64,000 nt of DNA from Chrysomallon squamiferum (lineage: Eukaryota > Animalia > Mollusca). Position numbers and translations under genes: made by a program. Location of the stretch: NCBI GenBank assembly GCA_012295275.1, contig CM022671.1, positions 7,874,001-7,938,000 of the forward strand, in the 5' to 3' direction. This document shows, piece after piece, positions 1 through 11,221 of the stretch; the first letter of the stretch is position 1; the number at the start of each line of letters is the position of its first letter. Below the pieces are notes generated by a model that saw only the letters and a list, made by a program, of their open reading frames with translations, had not been told where the DNA came from and did no database searches.

Positions 1-414
1 AAATATTTACCTACATACTTATTTAAAAAAAGAAGAAAAGATTTTATGTTTGCAAAAAAACCAGTGAGACAAATTCCTAATTTATGTAGATAATATCTGA
101 AATGTTTCCCTGTTTAATCTGTAAATAGATATTATGACATATTAATTCATTCACTCTAAATAAAATTTTATTTTGTTAAAAAAATATTTCTACAAATATT
201 TAATTAATAATTTTTTTTAAAACATAATGGTTTAGTAAAATTAATGTCAGATTATTAATAAAAGAAAGCTTTATATTAAAACAATGTGAAGTATAATGCA
301 TATGAGCATTTTAATGTGTATATATATATATATATATATATATTTTAATATGTATTTGCATTTATGTATATATGGCTGACTAAATTTTTGCTAAAAATAT
401 TTTTAATTTTAAAG

Positions 415-1558
415 TGTTCTGCATTTAATATGCATGAAGATGGTAGCAAAGAATCCATGTGTCTCTGATCAACTGTTTAAAAACTTGGTCAAGCAAAATA
501 TGCCTCTGAAAATCTTTGAGATGTGTCTCAAAAGAACAACACTGTCAGTTACAAAAGAACAGTTTGCTATTCCAGCACTAGGCATCTTCTTTTACCAAGA
601 AAAGAGTAATGATTATTCTGATAAGAAATATGACAATCAGGCCAAAACAGAAGTTAACTATGGTGATGGTGCTGATGATGGTGATAATGATGATAACATT
701 CAAAGTGAGAAAGGAGATATTGGCTTTATTATTGTAAATGGAGCTGAAACAAATGATGATAAAGACATGAACATTAATATTGTGAATGGAGCTGAAATAA
801 ATAACAATGGCGACATTAATTTTAACATTGTGAATGGAGCAGAAACAAATGACAATGGAGACATTAATTTTAACACTGTGAATGGCAAAGAAAAAGAAAA
901 GGATGGACATGCTAGTTTTAACACTGTCAGTGAAAAAGAAAAAACTGACAATGGAGACATTGCCTTTGACTCTGTAAATGGAGAAATCAGCGACAGTGTC
1001 GGCAACAGCTTTAGTGACATTGCTGATACAGTTTGGGACAAATACAATACTGAAGATGTAACGAACTATGAAGACCAATACAGAGATTATGATAATTTTG
1101 ATGATAATGACAAATTTGAGGAAGAAGATGCGGAAGCAGAAAATAATACAGTTGAGCTGCCATTGGAGACACTGCAGGATGACTGGAGAGATGAACTGCT
1201 GAATGGAGATGTGATTGATATGACTGACTTTTACGATATGTCATCTGACTATATTCATGACGACAGTGATGATTTTGATTACTTCCATGATGATGTTAAT
1301 TATAATGAAGATGAGTATCATTATGAGATTGGCAATGGTGCTGCTGTTGTTGTTGTTAACTCTACATATGAACTGCACAATGATTCTAATCGTACTTTCC
1401 CTGACACTGATGGAAATTCCGATTCAGGAAGTTTGATATTATCAGCAGATAAAGAGTCACCATCTGTAAATGGAGCTAGGAAACTCAGAATATATTTCTA
1501 TCTCTTTTTCTGCCCTGCTGGTCTGGTAATTATTACCTCTGTCATTTTATTCTATTAA
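415..1558 (+). CDS. Probable terminal coding exon of an unknown acidic (D/E/N-rich) repeat protein with a C-terminal hydrophobic anchor (TM or GPI signal)
   Basis: A 374-aa ORF in very AT-rich DNA. The frame stays open back to an acceptor ttttaattttaaag|t at 414/415, with an in-frame TAA just inside the intron and a ctgac branch-like motif at about 376. There is no signal peptide at ATG 434, so upstream exons are probably outside the window. The protein ends NGARKLRIYFYLFFCPAGLVIITSVILFY*. Confidence 0.8.
716..1003 (+). repeat. Coding tandem repeat, 6 x 48 bp (16 aa, consensus DINFNIVNGAETNDNG)
   Basis: Units: DIGFIIVNGAETNDDK / DMNINIVNGAEINNNG / DINFNIVNGAETNDNG / DINFNTVNGKEKEKDG / HASFNTVSEKEKTDNG / DIAFDSVNGEISDSVG. 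Confidence 0.9.
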
Positions 1559-1614
1559 ACTATCTTAAAATGCAAATTTAATCAGGAAAGACATGCCTCT
1601 CAACAAATAACAAT

Positions 1615-1756
1615 GTGTCAAAAATGTATTAAAATGCAAAATTCATTAAGGTATATGAAAAATGTATTATAATGCAAAATTAATTAAGGTATGATATGAA
1701 AAATGTATTATAATGCAAATTTAATCAATATAATGTCAAAAAACATATTAAAATGT
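1615..1756. repeat. Degenerate ~38-bp tandem repeat in the presumed 3' UTR
   Basis: aaaaatgtatta(t/a)aatgcaaaatt(c/a)attaaggtat recurs 3-4 times. Confidence 0.7.
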
Positions 1757-1879
1757 CCAGTGTTGATTTATTTACTTTTTTGCTTTATATCATTATTATT
1801 TCTCAACTTCAAAGATACATAAATTAAATAGTTCAGTATATTCTATGTGAGAATCTTAATTTTATGTGATGATGTAGGT

Positions 1880-2330
1880 AATAAAAGAAAAAAATATAGA
1901 AAAATAATTTAATGAGAAGAAAAATTGAATCTGAATGAACTTGGTAAATAAAAAAGACAGTATACAATACGGTTATTACTGCAATAGCTGCAAAACAGAG
2001 TTGTTTCCCTTACTTTTTAAACTGTCATAGCCATACAGAGTTCGAAACAACAGCCATACACAGAGTTTGAAACAACATAAGTTAATTTACGTCAGTAATT
2101 GGCTCAATAGAAAATTTAACTTTCTATATTTTTGAATTTCTTTTTCGGGTGTAATTTCAGTGAAAGTTTGGTTGTTATTGTTTGTTGTTTTTATTTTTTG
2201 TTTGTTTCTTGTTGTTTTTTTCCTTCTTATTAAATGTTTTAATTGTAGTTTCAAGTGTTATTGATTTATTTTGTTCATCTTTCTGTTGAAGTAAAATAAA
2301 AATGTCTTTGTTATTTGTCTTTGCTATTTA
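1880..2330 (+). terminator. Candidate polyadenylation signals of the acidic-protein gene
   Basis: AATAAA at about 1880, 1947 and 2295; the last is followed by a GT/T-rich tract. AATAAA is common by chance in this DNA. Confidence 0.3.
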
Positions 2331-2491
2331 TTTCATATTAAATACCCATAAGCTTTTCACCTCATTAAAAACCAAATTCTAATAATTTGAACATTTGCTT
2401 CAAGTTGTGTATAAATAGACAACAACACTGTAGATGGAAGATTTAACTGATTTTTAATTTATCATTGGAGAAAAATGCAAACAAAAAAATA

Positions 2492-2975
2492 AGAAATACA
2501 ATGTAAATCATGTCTGCAGTACAATATACAATGTTAAAGAAAACAGAAGTACAGTGTGGTCCACCAGAAATACCATATATATCACCAAATATATCAGAAG
2601 TACAATGTAATCACTAAACATAACAAATACATCACCAAAAATATCAAAAATACAATAAACATCAACCAACATACCAGAAATACAAATATCAAACATACCA
2701 GATATACAATATACATCATCAGACATAGCAGAAATACAATATATATTACCAAACATAACAAAAATACAACATATATCACCAATCATAACAGAAATAAAAC
2801 ATACATCATACAACATAACAGAAATACATTATACACCACACAACAAAACAGAAATACAGCATATATCACCACACACAACAGAATATATACACATCACAAT
2901 TATACCTGAAATATAATATACATTACCAAACATACCAGAAACACATCCCCAAACATAACAAATATGACATATTGT
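2492..2975. repeat. Degenerate ~30-bp minisatellite, about 15 copies
   Basis: Consensus near cagaaatacaatatacatcaccaaacataa. It explains the ORFs called at 2508-2909. Confidence 0.9.
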
Positions 2976-3169
2976 ACTTATCACTGGATATATGCAAATT
3001 CTCACACACACACACAGTCACACACATACACAAACTTAACAAACTGAATATCTGTGCAAAGATTATTTTCTATAGGCTGACCACTCAGTACCCTGTTCAA
3101 ATCACATCAATGCCCATGTTGAGTTACCTATTACATTTGGTTAAATTCAGTTGCAAAAATATTAAAAAC

Positions 3170-3211
3170 AATAATAATAATAATGTTTAATAATAATAAC
3201 AATGACAGTGT

Positions 3212-3269
<58 letters not shown>

Positions 3270-3282
3270 TAATAATAATAAA
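3170..3282. repeat. (AAT)n microsatellite
   Basis: Read directly. Confidence 0.95.
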
Positions 3283-3399
3283 TTAAAAACATTTTTTTCC
3301 ACAGTGATACAAGAAAACGTTAAACGACTACATCATTAATATATTATGGCCAGTATAAGTAGATTAGAAGTTTTTGACACAGGACTTGTATGTTGACCA

Positions 3400-3916
3400 C
3401 TGCTATTTTGGCTGTATCGCTATTTCATTTTTAGGCCCGTTTATAAATAGTTTTATGGTGTTTCAAAAATCATACCCACTAAACTCGTCTCCTGACGCCG
3501 TGGACATTTTACGACATTCGATAACGCATTTACGACATCCGGACCACTGGCGACCATGAACCACGCATGCGTGCAAGCAATGTATCGAATGGCAGCAGTT
3601 TGAATTGTAGACATATCAAGATTCCCACCGACAAATTCGTATAAACTATGGGATTATGTGGATTATTCACTTGTTTTGGATGTGTGCATTTCATTCCTGA
3701 TGCAAAAATGTGATCGTTGTTTTCGATGGATAAGGTCCGATCGGGCCTAAGTAAGCGTATAAGGGGCACCTGTCGAGGAAGTGGGACCCCGTCATGTCGT
3801 GTCTGTTGTTACCTCTTAAGAAATGTCATCAAATAGTTGTATTCTACTTCTTGTTTACGGTAAAGAAACCAAAAATTGATTATCAGTAAATTGAAAATGT
3901 TACTTTGGCGTACAGT
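3400..3916 (+). promoter_or_regulatory. CpG-enriched promoter and 5' UTR region of MAGI
   Basis: CpG density rises sharply (for example ctcgtctcctgacgccgtgg, acgacatccggaccactggcgacc) against a CpG-poor background, immediately upstream of the first coding exon, and continues through exon 1. Confidence 0.65.
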
Positions 3917-4265
3917 ATGATGCGAAACAAAGCCCAACCCCCGCCCAAAGCCCCTCCCCCGACACTGGATAAAGATCTGCGACATTGGAGTAAACAAATA
4001 AAAGAAACTATTGCCTCGGCGCAACATGAAGAAAGTTTGACGACCATAACACTTAAAGGAGGGGCGGATAGTGGCTTGTTCTGCTATCTGGGAGATATCG
4101 ATCATGATAAAATTGCATATCATGGGGAAAAACTTCATAAAGATGATATCGTCGTCGAAGTACAGGGACAGAAAGTGTCTGGGTACACGTTACGTGACGC
4201 AACCCTATGGCTAAAGCAGGTCAGCCAAAATGGAGCACCGGTGATGATCAAGACTGTCCGCTCAG
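3917..4265 (+). CDS. MAGI: MAGI coding exon 1 (N-terminus and PDZ0)
   Basis: ATG at 3917 (or 3920). MMRNKAQPPPKAPPP...HWSKQIKE...LKGGADSGLFCYLG...DIVVEVQGQKVSGYTLRD...IKTVRS. Donor cag|gtaatt, phase 1. Confidence 0.93.
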
Positions 4266-5759
4266 GTAATTACTGGGAATGTCCACCCTGGCTTCGCTAA
4301 AAATAGAACAACTTGTTCTTGGCTTTTAATCACCCATTGTTTTCTTGCTTGGTATAGTTATTTCATTACTTTGAGTATATCAGGTTGCATCTTTATGTGT
4401 GTGTGTATAAATATATATACATGAAGCAAAACTTCATAAAGATGACACTTGTTAGGTGAAATTTAAAAATACATAGTAATTTTTAAAAAAGAAGGAAGTA
4501 AATAATCAGTTTATTGCAGGGTTAATATTTTGTTTATGGGCTTCTTAACACCAGTTACATTGTATAATAGAACTCTATTATTGCTGTTGTTATTATTACT
4601 ATTATAAATAAGCAATTTAAAAAAAAAAAAAGTCTCCAACCTGGCAACACCATATCGCCCAATCTCTGTTCAATATTCAGTAGATACACTCATCACATAT
4701 CAAGAACAAGGTGTGACAAAATAAATATCGGTGAGGTAATCTTACAATAACAATTTCTGTGATCATCTGACCTGTTAACACTCAGCTGTCTTATCATGTT
4801 TGTTGACAGGATTGGTCTTTTAGATTATCTGTATGAATAGTCTGATGATAAAGTTTTCACCCCTTTTGCTAAAGAATAATATGGGTGATGGTATTATTTC
4901 TTGTTTTACTATTATTGGGAATGCAAGCGCCTTATGATTGTAAGTAACAGAATGGAAAAACAATTAGCCAGAATCTGGTACATAACCCTGAAGCTGGTTA
5001 ACAGAGCGCAGTGAGAATTTCATTCATTAACACATTCTTAAATTCCCCTGTAATGTTTTTCTACAGTATTTCGAGATAATAAAATTTGGAAATTGTGACT
5101 GTCAAATAAACCAAAGAAAAACATTTCAAAATGCAAATCAAAAGTACTTTATGTTGTTAATGTGTTTTCAGATTCCCTTAATAGTTGTGTGGTTATTCAC
5201 TTTTATATTAACTGTAATCAAATGTATTCAAATATTTATTATGCAAGGGAAAAAACAAGAAAATTCAGCACACAACTTTTAATTAAAGGTGTCACCAATT
5301 CTTATTGGTCAGTGTCAGACATCCTGTTAATTAGATATATCCTTTTTATATTAGTCAGCTGGGGAGTTATTAGATACAGGCAGACTTAAATGTAAACATT
5401 TTATTTTTAGTACACAGTTTAAATCTACATTAGCACAATTACATATAAAATAAACATGTTCAGGTAAAAACAACTTTGCATATTGTTGTAAGAAAATATA
5501 TTCATCTTCAGTGAAGCATACAAACAAGGATGCTGTTGGGCATATTATAATACAATGTAACGGTCCATTTCATATATCGGTTATTTGATTACAAGTCATA
5601 CATACTTTGTGAATTGCGTACATTACTTTATAAAATATCTGATATAGGCTTCATCATCATTTAATTATTTCAATATGAGTAATTTTTGTAGAATTACTTG
5701 ATTAAAATCTAAATAATTATTGTAATATATGTGTACGTGAGTTTGTGTGTGTTTAAATA

Positions 5760-5763
<4 letters not shown>

Positions 5764-5804
<41 letters not shown>
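5764..5804. repeat. (CA)n microsatellite
   Basis: Read directly. Confidence 0.95.
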
Positions 5805-5805
<1 letters not shown>

Positions 5806-7722
5806 TGTAAAAAAAACCTTTTTTTTTTTTTTCTGTCTTTATAATTATAGTAAAACACTCAAAACCTGATGGTTGTAGCACCAAGTAAAAGCTTCAGATT
5901 ATAAGGGTTGAAGGTTTACAGAGATTTCACATATCAATACTTGATATATTATAGAACTGCAGAAGTTGTTGGTTTTGGGAAAATTCCAGTTTCATGACTG
6001 TCCAGTTTGAGTCATTTCAGTAATTATTTCCTTTCTTGTGGTTGTTTTTGAAACTTGTATGTGATATCTTTGTGTGTTTGTCATTAATTGAATGTATTTG
6101 TGTGTAAGCAGAAATATATTTATCATTTGGAATTGCAATTCTTTGTCTTTTATAAGTATATTTAGATTTAAAAAATAACTAATGTCCTTTTTAATTTCTA
6201 TTAATTTAATAAAATTTTCTTTGTAAATAATAATAATAAAGATAACATCATGTCTTTGGTAGTGTGAAACTGTTGCATTATACATATAAGATTCAAAACA
6301 CTTTCATTTTTTCATGGCTCAAACACACACTTAAATAAGATTAATTAAATAACCAGTTACATGAATTTAAACTTTCAGAATATGAACAATAAGTGTACCG
6401 GTAAGAAAATACACAATTAATTACAGACAAAGAGTACACATGCACAGATCACATCAGTATTAATAGCAGTTTCACTGAATCTGCAGATTAAGTTTCACAT
6501 GTCAAACACCAGGCATATGAGTATGTATTTTTTTAACATTAGTATAACATATAACAGTTTACATTAATTGTTAAAAGAAAACACAACTTAAAAATGTAAT
6601 TAAAATGACATTTTAGTACTTCATTTAATTGATGGTTGATAAAACATGTATTGCACTTTTTATTTACTTTAACAAGTGCCTGAAAGGAACAACAACAATA
6701 ATATAATTATTTTTTCTCATTCTGTAATGCATAATGTTCCTAATGTCCATGCCATTTGTGAGAATTCTATTAAATCATACAGCTGATTTTGGTAAAATAT
6801 CTATATGCCATGTAAATACTGTTATCACTAATGCATTATTTAATGTTTATGGTTCATTATCTGGACATATTAATGGTAATAGTTTGTTTAGTAAGTCCAC
6901 AGACTATAATAGGTAAAAATATAAATGGAAAAAAATACTTAGTTTATCCTTTTTTTATCTTGGAAAAAAATGTCAACAAGATGTTATTCAATTTATTTTG
7001 TTTATTTATTTATTTTTTTAATTTATTTATTATTATTATTATTATTTTTTAAGTAATTAAATTTAAACAAGAATTAAATTACATTAAATTTCAAATAAAA
7101 TAATGTTTGAAAAATGTAAAACAAAAACAAGCGAAATTAATGTTTTTATAAATGCATAATGACAAAATTATATTCTTGGAAATGAACTTACTGGATCACC
7201 AGATTTACCAGATGTTTTGAAAAAGTCAAAGATGTATAAATTATCCAGTTTTAAAAAACTTGGTCATGTAGTTTATAATCTGAACATACATGACATACTT
7301 CATATTCTGTGACATATACATGTATGGTAAGTTTGCAACATGAAAATATTTCAACTTTGTTTTGCTTTTCTCGCTGGATGCTGACAAACAGATATCCTAT
7401 TTCAGGACAGCTGTTTTTTTTAAAGCATACCAGGCAACCGAGATGTTGCTCACAAATTGAATTCTGGGACATATTTGCAATGCCCATGCTTACAAACTGT
7501 GTAATAGGGTTAAAGAACCTGGACACTTATGGTTTAACACTGCTAATTGCCAGCTCTTGGGTTTTGTCACATACTACATGCAGGAGATAACTTAGGTTAA
7601 GCTTTGGTTATTTATGGAGCACTTTGCCAGCTTACTATTGTCTGGCTGCTTTGGCACTGGTGTATTCTGTTACTTTGTTTGTGGTTTCCAAACTATGACT
7701 TTGAGTTTACATTGAATTGCTT

Positions 7723-7723
<1 letters not shown>

Positions 7724-7782
<59 letters not shown>
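7724..7782. repeat. (CT)n microsatellite
   Basis: Read directly. Confidence 0.95.
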
Positions 7783-7785
<3 letters not shown>

Positions 7786-8196
7786 CACACAAAAACACAA
7801 ATAAAAATAAAAATGGTTGAAACTTAAGTTAATAGCTTATCATTAAGAATTTGAGTTGTGAATTTTGAAAGATCACACATTTTTCACAGTGTAAATAAGC
7901 TAATTATAATCATTCTATTTAAACACTGAATATGACTGAATTTTTTAAGAACTTGCAAATAGTTCTGTCTGTCCTTTCTATCTTTCTAACACACATATAC
8001 ACACAGACATTTGTTTTTATACAGTGACATATTTTTAAAGCATAGAGGTCAGACAGAAAACAAAATTAAGAATTAAACTAAAAAAATCTAAAACAGTACT
8101 GGAATGTTAATCATCAAGCATGAGCTTGTCCAAAGTTATGTAAAAAATGTAAACATTTTTTCTCTCGTTAATCCAGCTAATCAAAATAAATGTTCA

Positions 8197-8499
8197 ACAT
8201 TAACTCTGGTATCTCATGAAGTATATGTGATAGTAAATATTTATTATACTGAAATTGCTAGTGCTGCTACAAAACTTGAAAACAGAAGTCATTTAATGGA
8301 CACCAGTCAAATCCTTTAGAATTTGTAACCATAATAGATATATTTGACATTAATGTATCTCATAAAGTATATATATGATAATAAATATTTATTATACTGA
8401 AATTGCTAGTGTTGCTACAAAACATGAAAACTAAAATCATTTAATAGATGCAAGGATCAACTCCATTAGAATGTGTGACCATAACAGGCCTATATTTGA
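8197..8499. repeat. Diverged tandem duplication of ~150 bp
   Basis: The core taaatatttattatactgaaattgctagtg(c/t)tgctacaaaac occurs at about 8233 and 8382, with matching flanks. Confidence 0.9.
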
Positions 8500-9585
8500 A
8501 TCATTAACTTCAGTATATATTTGAAAGAAAGTTTTATTTCCTCTCTTAGGCAGAATTTTATTCCAAAGCCAGATGTTAAGTTTTGTAACAGACATGTTTA
8601 CATGGAAGCATGCAAAAAATGAACCACATTACACATTTTATCTTATCTTTAGATGTACCAGTCCCAGAGAGTCTCTGATTTAGCTTCGTAAGTGGACAAT
8701 TTTCAAATCATGTCCATGTACATACTGTATCATACAACAAGTTAATAATAAAGATTTATGATCACTGAAATCAGCACTTTTCACTTATTTGATTTGTTTG
8801 TTTGAATATATGTCGAGATTATTGATTTATTTTCTGCCATCAGCAATTGGATATCAGATATTTGATAATTCTGATTTAGTCAACTTTTTCCAGCTATTTT
8901 ATTGGTTGCTTGGACCATTTCTTTTAAAATATATACACATGTTTATGTATATTATTTAATTCTGAGTGTTTGTGTTAGTTTGTATATACTGAGTTTGTAA
9001 GGTATTATTTGAAGCAGGAGTTAAGGCTATAAAATATATATTTTATTTCTAAAGAGTTGGTTATCAGGGGAACTACTCAACCATGATGCTAAGCCAATGA
9101 GATTTGGTTTCTTTCATTAAGTCACAATATTATGTTACAAAGTATCATGCTTAGAATATATTAAATGTATATTTTCTGATTTCTGCTACAAAGGAAAACT
9201 GAATATTCTGTATTTATTAAATATTGTAACTATTATATTTGTGTGTGCATGTGTGTGTGTGTGTAAGTAAATAAGTAATTTCTTTCTAGGTATATCATGT
9301 ATTTTATACTAGTAAAACAATTTTTATAAAGAAATATACTTGTTCAAGGACACGAAGTTTTGTTTGTGCCTGTAAATGTTTTTATATACAGCTATTTATA
9401 TGCATATATACATTAACACATACAAATAGAATGCAAATAAAAAGAAACAAAAAGAAAGATGGATGGTTAGATACATTTAGGAAAAGAGTTGGTAATTTGA
9501 TACAGAATTTGATAAAATCCCAGATAGCTTAGAACTTACAGAACGATGTCTGAAATATTCATATCTTGTGTACCTGAAGTATATT

Positions 9586-9616
<31 letters not shown>

Positions 9617-10033
9617 ACACATGTACATATATAGAGATGTGTGATATACCTGTTTTTAATAGTAAAAGTGACTCACTTAGTGAAATGTAAGGGGGTGTGC
9701 TTGTGCTCCCAGCCAACTGTATAAAACTTAATGACGTATTTCATATACCTGTTGGCAAAGAAAGAGTCATTATTTGTGAATGTAGTTTAAAAACAATCAT
9801 CTATACTGTTTACAGTTTTCATTAGTCATTTAATTTTAGTTTTGGTTTTTTTTTTTTTTTAATGTTTAAAGATAAACATAATCTAAGTTAGAAAATTGTT
9901 TTAATGGAAAAAAGCCTGCTTTTCCTTCTTAGATAACTTCTGCAATAAATTTACAGCATGAGATAAGAAGCGCATAATCTAGACTTTAATTCACATAATT
10001 TCAGAAAAAGGCATATAATCTCCAAGCAGACAT

Positions 10034-10064
<31 letters not shown>

Positions 10065-10293
10065 TTATTATTATTTGTTATAACTGAATTTATTTTATCT
10101 TGAAAATTATTTTCTAAAACGAATAACGATTTCCCCTATTCCCCCCATTGTGGCTATTTCTCCGATTTGTAGGGTGCTTGTTAGAATGGGAATACTGACA
10201 TCCATTTTAATTAGTAAACACAGTGAACAGCAACTCATTCCAGTTTATTATTGTTTAATTCAAAACCTCTACATTATTTGTTTTAATTATTAA

Positions 10294-10449
<156 letters not shown>

Positions 10450-11008
10450 TAGATGTAAACCAGAAAATTATATTTAGTGATAAAATAAAAGTTTAATAAC
10501 ATAAGTAAAACACAATGGTTTATCTTCTGCTGTTGAATATCAGATATTTACTATTTTTTATATGAAATATTAAGAAAAATACAAAAACAGGACACGCTCA
10601 CCACAGCACTGTTAATTATCTGAATGCACTCACTGAAAAAAAGCTTTAGCACAATGAGACCTTTCAAATTTCATTTTAAAAATAATATCATATTCATATT
10701 TCTTTTAAACACAGCATATTTCGCTGTTTCTTTAATGTTTTTTTTTATTTTTTATTTTTTTTTTTAAAAACAAGTTCATATTATCAAGATTTAGGAAAAC
10801 AAACACATTTTATAATGCAAATGTTAATTTATTATTATTAAATTTTATTCAGACAGCATATTTTGCTTCAGTTTTTTAAAATAATTTTACTTAAATATTA
10901 GTAACTTTTGTTTGGTATAAATGACATTTGAATGCCATTTTTAAATCTTAAATTTTTTTTTTTTATATATAAATGTTATTTTGTATTATTACATTAACTT
11001 AACAATAA

Positions 11009-11221
<213 letters not shown>

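Noticed and set aside
578-1244. Minus-strand ORFs of 166, 115 and 77 aa
   Set aside because: Antisense shadows of the repetitive acidic exon.
2508-3011. Hydrophobic or Cys-rich ORFs on both strands
   Set aside because: Produced by the 30-bp minisatellite; there is no splice or domain evidence.
3530-4138. Minus-strand ORFs over the MAGI promoter and exon 1, suggesting a divergent gene
   Set aside because: No recognisable protein; explained by locally higher GC and antisense overlap.
3905-4300. 131-aa ORF as a stand-alone PDZ protein with a TTG start
   Set aside because: It is MAGI exon 1. The real start is ATG 3917/3920, and the tail NYWECPPWLR is read-through past the donor at 4266.
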